Positions 28,433 to 37,934 of a stretch of 64,000 bases of DNA are shown one piece after another (positions within the stretch are counted from its first letter, which is position 1; every line of letters begins with the position of its first letter). Both the position numbers and the translations under genes were made by a program. This stretch comes from Terriglobales bacterium (GTDB taxonomy: Bacteria; Acidobacteriota; Terriglobia; Terriglobales; Acidobacteriaceae), in contig JBEKLO010000012.1 in NCBI GenBank assembly GCA_050010155.1, positions 100-64,099 on the forward strand, given 5' to 3'. The notes below the pieces were generated by a model that was not told the origin of the DNA, did not search any database, and was given only the letters and a program-made list of their open reading frames with translations.

Positions 28433-29791
28433 CTACATTCCAGGAAACTTCATCCCGGCCATTCTCCGCGCAAAACTCGGCTTGCCCATCTGCTTGAACA
28501 TTTTCCTCATCTGCGCATATTGGCGAAGCAGGTTATTGACTTCCTGCACGCTCGTGCCGGAGCCGCGCGCGATGCGTTTACGGCGGCTGCCGTTGATGGT
28601 TTCGTGATGGTTGCGCTCGTATCCGGTCATCGAATTGATGATGGCCTCGACGCGGTTGATCTGTTTTTCATCAACCTTGTCGGCGGCTTTCTGCATGCCG
28701 GAAAACGCGCCCACACTGGGCAACATGCTCATCAAGCTTTGCAGCGATCCCATCTTGCGCACCTGCCGCAACTGGTCTCGGAAATCTTCCAGCGAGAAGC
28801 CGTCGCCGCTAAGCACCTTGGAAGCCAGCTCGTTGGCCTTCTTCTTGTCGATTTGCGATTCGGCTTTTTCGATGAGCGAGAGAATGTCGCCCATGCCCAG
28901 AATGCGCGACACGATGCGGTCGGGATGGAAAGGTTCCAGAGCATCGTATTTTTCGCCGATGCCGATGAACTTGATTGGCTGCCCCGTAACCTGGCGAATC
29001 GAAAGCGCCGCCCCGCCGCGAGCATCGCCATCCATCTTGGTAAGTACAACGCCAGTGAGAGTGAGTTTCTTGTGAAACTCGTCGGCCGAGTTGACCGCGT
29101 CCTGTCCGGTCATCGAATCGGCAACAAACAAAATTTCCTGCGGATTGAGCAACCGCTTCAGAGACTGCATCTCCTCCATGAGTTGGTCGTCGATGTGAAG
29201 ACGCCCAGCCGTATCGACGATGAGCACGTCGCAACCAGTGTTGATCGCTTCGCGGCGCGCTTCTTTGGCCAGGCGTTCGACGGTAGCGGTATTTGCCTCA
29301 CCAACCTCGCCCTCATAAAGATTGGCCTTGATCGCCGCCGCCACAACCTTGAGTTGTTCGCGCGCGGCCGGGCGGTAGACGTCGACCGAAACCAGCAGGG
29401 GACGGTGTCCGCCATTCTTGAGCCAGTTTGCCAGCTTGCCGGATGTGGTGGTCTTGCCGGACCCCTGCAGCCCCGCCATCAGCACGACCGTGGGCGGTTG
29501 CGAGGCGAACTTTAATTTCGCCGTATCTTTGCCCAGAGTGGTGATCAGTTCGTCGCGGACGATCTTGATGACTTGCTCGCCCGGGGACAGCGCAGTCAGC
29601 ACTTCCTGCCCCACCGCCTTGGCCTGGATGCGGTCGATCAGCTCTTTGACAACCTTGAAGTTGACGTCGGCTTCAAGTAGCGCTAGGCGAATCTGTTTCA
29701 GCGCCTCGGAAATGTTCTCTTCGGTGAGAACGGCCTGTCCGCGGAGGGACTTGAAGGCGCGCTGGAGTTTTTCCTGAAGATTCTCAAACAT
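28433..29791 (-). CDS. ffh: Signal recognition particle protein Ffh
   Basis: GLQGSGKTTT, DTAGRL and TKMDGDARGGAALS motifs, with a Met-rich M domain at the C-terminus. Confidence 0.97.
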   Translation of the reverse strand: MFENLQEKLQRAFKSLRGQAVLTEENISEALKQIRLALLEADVNFKVVKELIDRIQAKAVGQEVLTALSPGEQVIKIVRDELITTLGKDTAKLKFASQPPTVVLMAGLQGSGKTTTSGKLANWLKNGGHRPLLVSVDVYRPAAREQLKVVAAAIKANLYEGEVGEANTATVERLAKEARREAINTGCDVLIVDTAGRLHIDDQLMEEMQSLKRLLNPQEILFVADSMTGQDAVNSADEFHKKLTLTGVVLTKMDGDARGGAALSIRQVTGQPIKFIGIGEKYDALEPFHPDRIVSRILGMGDILSLIEKAESQIDKKKANELASKVLSGDGFSLEDFRDQLRQVRKMGSLQSLMSMLPSVGAFSGMQKAADKVDEKQINRVEAIINSMTGYERNHHETINGSRRKRIARGSGTSVQEVNNLLRQYAQMRKMFKQMGKPSFARRMAGMKFPGM

Positions 29792-29997
29792 AAATTCAGA
29801 GTCCTATTTTAGCAGTCCCCCCTGTGGACGGCCTGTTGTTGCCGGGGGCTGCGGTCAGGCGACGCAGTTTTGTACGCTAGCGGACCGACGGCCCCCATCC
29901 GCCGTCTCAAAATGAAAAACACAAAGCGGCTGAAAAAAGTTCAACCTCGTTCCGGGTTCCTGCATCTTTGGTTTCTTAGAGGAGGACAGGAAAGGAT

Positions 29998-31389
29998 ATG
30001 GCTTCTCCCGCCCCTGCCAAATTCAGAATCGACGTCGATATTCACAGCCTGCTTATGGATTCCGCGTCTTCCGGACCCAAGCCGGCCGAGCCTCGCGGCG
30101 CAGTTTTACCCGAGCCAGTTTTCCCGCAGTATCCGGAGTTACTCAAAGATCCCGGTCCTGAAGTGCCGATGGACAAGCGCGACTGGACCTACCCGCAAGT
30201 CTGGCGCAAAGTCCGGGGCTGGCTGCTCCCGTACATACGGTCGCGCGTGATGCCGGGCGAATTCCATCCGATTACGGCGTATCTCTTCCTCGATTACAAA
30301 TGCAATCTGGATTGCTGGTATTGCTGGGCATTCAACAACAAAGTCAAAGGCATGACTGAGGACGTCGCGAAGCGCTCGATCGATTGGCTGCATGATCATG
30401 GTTGCCGCGTGCTCGCATTGATGGGCGGCGAGCCGCTGCTGCGCCCCCAGGTTGCGCACAAGGTCGTCTATTACGCCGCGAAAAAAGGCTTCTGGATCTA
30501 CATTGGCACCAATGGACGGCTGCTGCGTCCCGAGGTTGCCGACCGCCTTGGAGATGCCGGCGTTGCCATCTTCAACTTTGCGCTCGACGCGTGGGACGAA
30601 AAGCCCAGCTTGCCCAAGGCCTTCGTTCCCGGCCAGAAGAACCTTGAATATCTCATTCGCAAGCAGTACGTCTACGGCTACATGGTGTTCTTCAACATCA
30701 ACATCTGCCGCAACAATCACGAAGATGTGAAGAAGCTCACCGAGTACGCGCACGCCCACCGTCTCGCCACCGACTACCACATCAATGAAACGCCCATGCT
30801 TGAGCAGGACGATCACTTCAAGCACCTGAACGAAAACCCGACCTACATCCGCCCTGAGGATTGGCGTTCGGTCGATGGGCTCATCGATTGGATCATCGAG
30901 AAGAACAAAGCCGGGTATCAGATGGTGAATTCCGTCCAGCGTCTCCAGGAAATGAAGGCCTTCGTGCGTATGTCCTCAGGGCTCGACCTGAAAAAATACG
31001 GCTGGTATGGCGACGGCACGGGAACAAACGGCAACATCGCGGAGAAGCTCGCGAGCACACCCGGCATTGTCCAAGATCCGAACGGTGAGCTGCGTTTTGC
31101 CGACTGGAACTGCCGCGCCGGTCAGAACAACGTGATCATCCGCACCGATGGCACGGTCGCTCCATGTTTCCCCATGTATCCTTCCACCTTCGACTGGGGA
31201 AACATCGACACCCCGAAGTTCGACCAGCAACAGCTCACGCAGATGAAGAAGACCTGTCAGCGGCATTGCTTCTCGACGCTCAATCACAACCTCGGCTATT
31301 GCTATAACGACGCCCGCGTCATCAAGTGGGTGTGGACACAGGCCGTCACCAACCGCATGAAGGGAGGAGCCAGAAGTTTCGAAGACTGA
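29998..31389 (+). CDS. Radical SAM enzyme with a SPASM/twitch-like Cys-rich C-terminus, function unknown
   Basis: CNLDCWYC (CX3CX2C) at residues 102-109, GGEPLL glycine motif, and C-terminal WNCRAG...DGTVAPC...CQRHC pattern. About 100-aa N-terminal extension. Confidence 0.85.
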   Translation: MASPAPAKFRIDVDIHSLLMDSASSGPKPAEPRGAVLPEPVFPQYPELLKDPGPEVPMDKRDWTYPQVWRKVRGWLLPYIRSRVMPGEFHPITAYLFLDYKCNLDCWYCWAFNNKVKGMTEDVAKRSIDWLHDHGCRVLALMGGEPLLRPQVAHKVVYYAAKKGFWIYIGTNGRLLRPEVADRLGDAGVAIFNFALDAWDEKPSLPKAFVPGQKNLEYLIRKQYVYGYMVFFNINICRNNHEDVKKLTEYAHAHRLATDYHINETPMLEQDDHFKHLNENPTYIRPEDWRSVDGLIDWIIEKNKAGYQMVNSVQRLQEMKAFVRMSSGLDLKKYGWYGDGTGTNGNIAEKLASTPGIVQDPNGELRFADWNCRAGQNNVIIRTDGTVAPCFPMYPSTFDWGNIDTPKFDQQQLTQMKKTCQRHCFSTLNHNLGYCYNDARVIKWVWTQAVTNRMKGGARSFED

Positions 31390-31425
31390 TTGTGTAGGTG
31401 TAATGACCTGATCACACGATCAAAT

Positions 31426-32079
31426 TCACTCCACCTTCGGCCGTATCATCTCAAACCGCTGGGTGGTGCGCGTGTACTGCGTACCGCCCAAGCGGCCAAT
31501 AAGATCGAGTGTGTTCCTGTCCAGGCGTCCTTCTTTTAGATAGCGCTCCCCAATGTGAACCGAGACGATTTCCCCAATCACCAGGCTTCCACCCTCGGGC
31601 GCAGGATTGAAATCAAGAATTTGATGCAGCTTGCATTCAAAGCTCACGGGAGACTCCGCCACGCGCTGCGGTCGCACCACCCGGGAAGGCTCCGAAGCGA
31701 CCTTCGCCAATTCGAATTCATCGATCGCGGCGTCATAATCGCCGCTCGTCAGGTTCATGGCCTCCGCTAATTCGTAGGTGACCACGTTGATCACAAACTC
31801 TCTAGTCTCGCGGATATTTTGCAGCGTGTCTTTAGGCGCTCCAATGGGCGCTCTTCCAATCTCTCCCGTTGCTCCCGATTTTTTCGGCAAGCGCATGCCC
31901 GGAGCAAACGCGAGCAGCGGAGGCTTCGCGCATACCGCATTGAAAAACGAAAAAGGCGCCAAATTGGGTTGTCCAGATGCGCTGAGGCTCGAAACCCACG
32001 CGATCGGCCGCGGCCCCACCGCGCTGATCAGAATGTTATACAACTCACGGTGCGCAAGTTGAGAAGGAGTGACGTCCAT
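31426..32079 (-). CDS. Flavin reductase-family protein (FMN-binding split barrel)
   Basis: RPIAWVSS...NLAPFSFFN motif typical of flavin reductase-like domain proteins. Confidence 0.85.
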   Translation of the reverse strand: MDVTPSQLAHRELYNILISAVGPRPIAWVSSLSASGQPNLAPFSFFNAVCAKPPLLAFAPGMRLPKKSGATGEIGRAPIGAPKDTLQNIRETREFVINVVTYELAEAMNLTSGDYDAAIDEFELAKVASEPSRVVRPQRVAESPVSFECKLHQILDFNPAPEGGSLVIGEIVSVHIGERYLKEGRLDRNTLDLIGRLGGTQYTRTTQRFEMIRPKVE

Positions 32080-32164
32080 AGGTCGAGTATATCTTTTGAC
32101 CGTTTAGGCACTAGATGTCTAGCGCTTTTCGAGATGGGGAAAACTACACTCCGGGAACGAATTC

Positions 32165-33193
32165 TTACTTTTCGCCGAACACTTCCTTTGCGGCGACTAC
32201 CGTGTTGGAGTGAATCGTGATCGTATCCTCGAGTTTCATAGCGTAGCCCCCGGCGAGAGTTACCATCACAGGAATACCCTCGGCCTTGGCGGTTTGGTAT
32301 ACCAGCGCATCGCGCTGTTTCAATCCCTCAATCGTCAACGACAAGCCGCCAAGCTGATCTTCGCGATACGGATCGGCTCCCGCCAGGTAACAGATCAGTT
32401 CCGGCCGGAACTTGCTCAATCCCATACTGAGCGCGTCGCCCAGGCACGCCAGATAATCGGCGTCTCGCAGTCCGTCCGGCAAATTCAGGTCCAGTGACGA
32501 AGGGGGTTTGAACGACGGATAGTTGTTGAGCTGGTGCAGCGAGATGGTGAATACGTCGGTAGTTGGCGTGCTGCGCGGCCTCACGCCGGGCGCGGCCGGT
32601 CGTGCCGGATTGAGAGCAGAAGCAAACGTCGCAGCCCCCGGTTCGCTGGGCGCACGCGGGCCGGAAAAAATCACAGCCGTACCATTGCCTTGGTGAACGT
32701 CACAATCGACCGTCATGGCGGTGCGGATCCTGCCCTCACGTTGCATGCGGCGGATGGCAACGGCCACGTCATTGATCATGCAGAAGCCTTCGCCGTGCCC
32801 AGGGAACGCGTGATGAAATCCACCACCGATGCTGATCGCCACACCGTCGATCAGCGCATGATCGGCGGCTAGCACCGACCCACCCGCGGTCAGCCAAAAA
32901 GCACGCACGAGTTCCGGCGAGTACGGAACTTCGAGTTCCAACTGTTCCAGCGCGGTCAACGTGCCCGTCTTCAGCTTGTGGACGTATTGCGGAGTGTGCA
33001 CCAGCAATATGTCCTCATCAGCCGCGGGAGAAGGAGCCACGAAGTCGGAAGGCTCGGCGACTCCGGACGCCAGCAACCGGTCGTGAATGCTTTTATATTT
33101 TTCGCCGGGAAACACATGCGACCCGATGGGCAAGTAGAAGTCGTCGCTGTAGATGAGCTTGAAAGGCAGCATGAAGCATCCGGGATTCAGCAC
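32165..33193 (-). CDS. Histone deacetylase-family (acetoin utilisation/acetylpolyamine amidohydrolase-like) protein with a low-complexity insertion
   Basis: GGGFHHAFPGHGEGFC and DCDVHQGNGTA catalytic motifs. The probable true start is at the second Met (33172, MLPFKLIYSDDF). A Pro/Ala-rich insert follows the DVHQGNG segment. Confidence 0.85.
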   Translation of the reverse strand: MLNPGCFMLPFKLIYSDDFYLPIGSHVFPGEKYKSIHDRLLASGVAEPSDFVAPSPAADEDILLVHTPQYVHKLKTGTLTALEQLELEVPYSPELVRAFWLTAGGSVLAADHALIDGVAISIGGGFHHAFPGHGEGFCMINDVAVAIRRMQREGRIRTAMTVDCDVHQGNGTAVIFSGPRAPSEPGAATFASALNPARPAAPGVRPRSTPTTDVFTISLHQLNNYPSFKPPSSLDLNLPDGLRDADYLACLGDALSMGLSKFRPELICYLAGADPYREDQLGGLSLTIEGLKQRDALVYQTAKAEGIPVMVTLAGGYAMKLEDTITIHSNTVVAAKEVFGEK

Positions 33194-33340
33194 CCGGCGG
33201 GCCGAGAACCGAAAACTTCATATCATACGCGATTGCAGGAATCTTGCAGTGACGGGCTCATGATTGCGAGCCCGTGCGCTTTCCCCTGTGTTTCTCAGTG
33301 TCCCCTGTGGTTAAGGTTCTAAGCTGTTAAACTGGCCCGG

Positions 33341-36163
33341 TTGCCAGCCAAAAAGAAATCGCCGCCAGAGAGCGCCCCGCAAGGGTCGTCGTCCACGACT
33401 GCCCATCCACATACTGAAGCTAAGGGTCGGATTTTCCTGATCGACACCATGTCGTTCATTTTTCGCGCCTACCATGCCATGGCGCGGCAGCGTCCGATGT
33501 CCACGAAGACAGGAGTTCCGACCGCGGCGACGTATGTCTTCGTCAACATGCTGCGCAAACTCCGCGACGATTTCTCGCCCGAGTATCTGGCGGCAGTATT
33601 CGATGTGGGCGCGCCCACGATTCGCAATCAGCAGGCCGAAGCGATCACAACGATTCGCAAGTTCGATATCAAAACGCAGACGTTCAAAGAATCGCAATAC
33701 GGCGGCTACAAGGCAAACCGCGCCGAAATGCCCGGCGACCTGGTGCAGCAGATTCCGTACATCCGGCGCGCGCTCGATGGGTATCGCATTCCGATATTGC
33801 AACTCGAAGGTTACGAAGCCGACGACGTAATCGGAACCCTGGCCCGAAAAGCGGCCGCGGAATCGTACTCGGTCTACGTCGTCTCCAGCGACAAAGACAT
33901 GCTGCAGTTGGTGAACGACAAAGTGCATGTCTTGAATCCGCCGAAGGACAACCTCATTTGCGACGCGGCGAAAGTCGAGGAAATTCTCGGAGTGCCTCCG
34001 TCGAAAGTGATCGACGTGATGGCGCTGCGCGGAGATTCGGTGGACAACATCCCCGGCGCGCCCGGAATCGGCGACAAAGGTTCGGTCGAACTGATTCAGC
34101 GTTTCGGAAGCGTGGAGCAGGCGCTCGAACATGCCGCGGAAGTCGAGAAAAAAACGTATCGCGAATCGCTACAGAATAATCGCGACAATATTCTTTACAG
34201 CAAGCAACTGGTGACGATTGAGACCGATGTTGCCGTCGATCTGGACGTAGCCGCGATGAAAGCGGGCGAACCGGACGTTGCATCTCTGCGAGAGTTGTTT
34301 GCAGAACTGGAATTCACCTCTTTGTTGAAAGAGTTGCTTCCCGTAGTGGAAGTCAAGGAGGGCCACTACGGCGAAATCAAGTCGAAGTCGGAATTTGAGG
34401 AGTATCTGTCACACGTGAGCGAGGACGCGCCGCTTGCGCTGGCAATTCCGGCCGAGACCACCGAGAGTATCGAAGAGGAAGAAAGCGAGCCGCAGCCAGC
34501 AGAATCGGGGTTCCTGGCTTTGCAGCCCGCAGATGCAGAGCAACCCGGCGCTGCGAACACAGAGCATATAGCCGTGTCGAACGCCCCGGGCGAAGGGGCG
34601 ATGGTAGCGCTCGAAGACCGCGCGCTCGCCGATCGCGTAAAGACCGCTCTCGAAGATGCCGCTCTGCCCAAGACATTCCACGATTTCAAGGCTGCCCTCC
34701 ATTATTTTGGCGGGTATTTTCGAGGGCATTTTGATGACCGCCAGATTGCACTCGCCGGGGTCAAACACGATCCCATGCTCTATTCCTACCTGCTCGATCC
34801 GACCTACTCGTCGCATTCATTGCCGGAGGTCGCGCTGCGAAGATTTAATTTGAAGCTCAGCGGCCATCTCGCGGAAGAGGCCGACATAACCGGCAGGCTG
34901 GCGACCGCGCTCCGCAAGGAAGTTGACGACCAGGGCTTGACCTCTGTGTATGAAGAGATCGATGCGCCGCTCGTGCCCGTGCTGGCTCGCATGGAAGACG
35001 CCGGCGTAAAGATCGACTTAGCCGCGCTTGAGCAAATGTCCGGGAAGTTGCAACGCGAGGCTGCAGCCAAGGCGCGAGACATTTACGAGCGTTGCGGCAT
35101 GGAGTTCAACATCAATTCGCCGAAGCAACTGGGCGACGTGTTGTTCAACAAATTGGCCTTGCCGATGCCTGTGAAATACGGGAAAGGAAAAAAGATGTCG
35201 ACTGCAGTTGATGTCTTGGAAGGACTGGCTGCCGATCACGAAGTTCCGCGCTTGGTGCTGGAGTACCGGCAGCTCACCAAATTGAAATCGACCTATGTCG
35301 ACGCATTGCCGGCGCTCATCCGCAGCCACAGTGGCCGAGTGCATACGACTTTTGGGCAGACCGGAACGGCGACGGGACGACTCTCCTCAACGAATCCGAA
35401 CCTGCAGAATATTCCGATCCGAACCGAACTCGGCCGAGAAATTCGCGCGGCATTTATCGCCGAACCCGGGCACGTCCTGGTGGCGGCGGATTATTCACAG
35501 ATCGAACTGCGCCTCCTGGCGCATTATTCAAAAGACAAATTGCTGGTCGAGGCGTTTCGCCGCGGCGATGATATTCACACGCTCACCGCGTCGCAGGTCT
35601 TTGGCGTGCCCCCGCTGATGGTGACGCCCGACCATCGGCGCCAAGCGAAGGTCGTGAACTTCGGCATTGTCTATGGTTTATCAGCCTTTGGCTTGTCCCA
35701 GCAACTCGGTATCGAGCCCAGCGAGGCCCGAAAATTCATTGATGCCTACTTTGAAAAATATGCGGGAGTGCGGGCGTTCATCGATGCCACGCTCGAGCAG
35801 ACGCGGCGCGATGGCAAAGTGAAAACGCTGTTCGGACGCATTCGTCCGATCCCCGATATCAACAGCAAGAACGCCACGCAGCGCGGCTTTGCCGAGCGCA
35901 CGGCAGTGAACACTCCGCTCCAGGGAACCGCCGCCGACCTGATCAAGCTGGCGATGATTCGTATTGATGAGGAAATCCGGAAGCGCGGACTGAAGTCCCG
36001 GATGACTTTGCAGGTGCACGATGAGCTTGTGTTCGAGGTGCCGGAAAGTGAAGTGGACGTAATCAAGCCGCTGGTGCGAGAGCACATGGAGAACGCGCAT
36101 TCGCTCGCGGTTCCGTTACTCGTAGAGATCGGAGTCGGGCGAAACTGGCGGGACATGGAGTAG
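33341..36163 (+). CDS. polA: DNA polymerase I
   Basis: 5' nuclease (IFLIDTMSFIFRAYHA), exo domain and polymerase motifs (DYSQIELR, QVHDELVFE). TTG start at 33341 assumed. Confidence 0.96.
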   Translation: MPAKKKSPPESAPQGSSSTTAHPHTEAKGRIFLIDTMSFIFRAYHAMARQRPMSTKTGVPTAATYVFVNMLRKLRDDFSPEYLAAVFDVGAPTIRNQQAEAITTIRKFDIKTQTFKESQYGGYKANRAEMPGDLVQQIPYIRRALDGYRIPILQLEGYEADDVIGTLARKAAAESYSVYVVSSDKDMLQLVNDKVHVLNPPKDNLICDAAKVEEILGVPPSKVIDVMALRGDSVDNIPGAPGIGDKGSVELIQRFGSVEQALEHAAEVEKKTYRESLQNNRDNILYSKQLVTIETDVAVDLDVAAMKAGEPDVASLRELFAELEFTSLLKELLPVVEVKEGHYGEIKSKSEFEEYLSHVSEDAPLALAIPAETTESIEEEESEPQPAESGFLALQPADAEQPGAANTEHIAVSNAPGEGAMVALEDRALADRVKTALEDAALPKTFHDFKAALHYFGGYFRGHFDDRQIALAGVKHDPMLYSYLLDPTYSSHSLPEVALRRFNLKLSGHLAEEADITGRLATALRKEVDDQGLTSVYEEIDAPLVPVLARMEDAGVKIDLAALEQMSGKLQREAAAKARDIYERCGMEFNINSPKQLGDVLFNKLALPMPVKYGKGKKMSTAVDVLEGLAADHEVPRLVLEYRQLTKLKSTYVDALPALIRSHSGRVHTTFGQTGTATGRLSSTNPNLQNIPIRTELGREIRAAFIAEPGHVLVAADYSQIELRLLAHYSKDKLLVEAFRRGDDIHTLTASQVFGVPPLMVTPDHRRQAKVVNFGIVYGLSAFGLSQQLGIEPSEARKFIDAYFEKYAGVRAFIDATLEQTRRDGKVKTLFGRIRPIPDINSKNATQRGFAERTAVNTPLQGTAADLIKLAMIRIDEEIRKRGLKSRMTLQVHDELVFEVPESEVDVIKPLVREHMENAHSLAVPLLVEIGVGRNWRDME

Positions 36164-36320
36164 CATCGCGCATCGAGGCAGCGAAATGCCGATGAACTCC
36201 GGCGCTGAGGAAAACTATTTCAGCGTTTCCGCTATACTCGGTATACTGATTTCCCCGCGCCGTATTCGTCGTTGATTCCAGCCGCATGGCAAGAATTTTC
36301 GATCCTGCGGAGGCAGTCTG

Positions 36321-37214
36321 ATGAGTGCAGCTCCATCGATGGCGTTCGAAAGAGAGCCCAGGCGCGTTTTCCCCCGACATCCCATCAACGTACCCTTGGA
36401 CTTGATCGCGTTGCGATCCGGTGTTCCCGAGAATTTGCCCGGGCGATGCACCGACATCAGCGAGACGGGCGTGGGCGCAGTAGTGTCCGGAGAAGTCGCC
36501 ACAGGTCAACAGGTCGCGGTCGAACTGCGCCTTCCCAATGTCGGCGTGCCGGTGCGGGCGCGTGCTCTGGTTCGCTATCAATCACGCCTTCATTGCGGGC
36601 TTGAGTTTGTAGGTCTCTCGGTGGAGCAGCGGGAGATGATCCGGTATTGGGTATACCGCGCTGCCTCGGATCCGCCGCACATCAAAGATCTCAAACACGT
36701 CGATTTCAAGCAGATTGATCTTACAAAACAAGATCCCGCCGAAGATACGAAACCGGAAGTGCCCGTCGCCGTGGCCGAACCCGCTGCCAAAACCAAACGT
36801 AGAATTCGCATTGGAAAGCGCGGTCTCTATATGCTCATCGCTGGCATTGTGACGCTGGCCGCTCTCGGCTGGTGGGAGTGGCAGAGATCCTGGAACGAAC
36901 TGGAAAGGCGCTCGCCGGTTGTGGAGTCGGAGCTCCGGGTCTCTTCCGAAACCATGGACAAGCGAATTGTTGCGAAGGTCGATCCCGTGTATCCCGAGGC
37001 GGCGCGAAACGCGGGGACCGAAGGACGGGTGGAGTTGGATGCGGTGATCGCGCCGGATGGCAGTGTGAAACGTCTGCGGCCCGTGTCCGGTCCCGACCTT
37101 CTCGTCCGGTCGGCGACCGAAGCCGTGCAGTCCTGGAAGTTCGAACCCTACCTATCCGGCGGCAAACCGGTTGAGGTTGAAACCGCGATCGTGGTCGAGT
37201 TCCGCCTGAATTAA
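36321..37214 (+). CDS. PilZ domain - TM helix - TonB C-terminal domain fusion protein
   Basis: PilZ c-di-GMP motifs RVFPR (RxxxR) and DISETG (DxSxxG). TM segment LYMLIAGIVTLAALGWW. TonB_C-like VDPVYPEAARNAGTEGRVELDAVIAPDGSV... Confidence 0.8.
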   Translation: MSAAPSMAFEREPRRVFPRHPINVPLDLIALRSGVPENLPGRCTDISETGVGAVVSGEVATGQQVAVELRLPNVGVPVRARALVRYQSRLHCGLEFVGLSVEQREMIRYWVYRAASDPPHIKDLKHVDFKQIDLTKQDPAEDTKPEVPVAVAEPAAKTKRRIRIGKRGLYMLIAGIVTLAALGWWEWQRSWNELERRSPVVESELRVSSETMDKRIVAKVDPVYPEAARNAGTEGRVELDAVIAPDGSVKRLRPVSGPDLLVRSATEAVQSWKFEPYLSGGKPVEVETAIVVEFRLN

Positions 37215-37246
37215 CAGCGGTACACTACGCGAGCTTAACCGGCGCA

Positions 37247-37795
37247 TCAGACGGATACGGCTAGGCCGGCGGCAACCGCTTCGGTGTCAAACACTGTCGC
37301 CAAGCCGTGAATTACGGACGCCAGTCGCACGGCTGCAAGAATCGATTCCTCCGACATGCCTTTGCCGCGCAGCACCTGCTCGTGCGTATCGACACACAGT
37401 CCGCAGCCATGGATTGCGGAAACGACCAGCGACCAGAGTTCGAAATCTACCGGATCAATGCCGTGGTTGCGCAGAACGTTCATCCGCAGGCGGGCCGGCA
37501 GAGTAGCGTACTTCGGATTTTTGGACAGGTGCTGAAAACGGTAATAGATGTTGTTCATCCCCATGATGGCCGCCGCGCTCTTGGCTGCTTCCAATGCCGG
37601 AGGCGACAAATGTAAGGCCGCTGCCGCCAGCAAAGTCTCGAGCACTTGCGGGTTGCGCGATGCGATCGCCGATGCCGCTACCGTACCCCAGATCTGCTGC
37701 TCATTCAGTTCCGTCTGTTGCAACAGCGTCGACAAGTTCAGTTTCAAATCTTTGGCGTATGCGGGAACGCTGTCGAGTAGCTCATTCAGATTCAT
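37247..37795 (-). CDS. ahpD: Alkyl hydroperoxide reductase AhpD (carboxymuconolactone decarboxylase family)
   Basis: AIHGCGLCVDTHE CxxC motif, and a position directly downstream of ahpC. ORF opens at 37810; ATG 37795 preferred. Confidence 0.85.
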   Translation of the reverse strand: MNLNELLDSVPAYAKDLKLNLSTLLQQTELNEQQIWGTVAASAIASRNPQVLETLLAAAALHLSPPALEAAKSAAAIMGMNNIYYRFQHLSKNPKYATLPARLRMNVLRNHGIDPVDFELWSLVVSAIHGCGLCVDTHEQVLRGKGMSEESILAAVRLASVIHGLATVFDTEAVAAGLAVSV

Positions 37796-37934
37796 AAATC
37801 TCTCTCTCACTTTAGGAAAGGCGATCCCGAGCCGGAAGTTTCGAGTGAACCGGCCCGGGTCAGCCAGAGTTGGGACATCAAGAATCCATGCGTCGATGGT
37901 TAAAGATTATGGTTTAAAGGTTGAAGACCGATCG

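Noticed and set aside
29792-29997. Possible SRP (4.5S) RNA next to ffh, or a RiPP precursor ORF (MKNTKRLKK..., within ORF 29870-30250) upstream of the radical SAM gene
   Set aside because: No GGAAGCAGCC-type SRP domain IV motif or matching helix is present. The small ORF overlaps the radical SAM ribosome-binding site and start in another frame, and has no leader/core-like features.
33311-34132. 273-aa minus-strand ORF
   Set aside because: It is antisense to the 5' nuclease region of polA, with no motifs. It is a shadow ORF.
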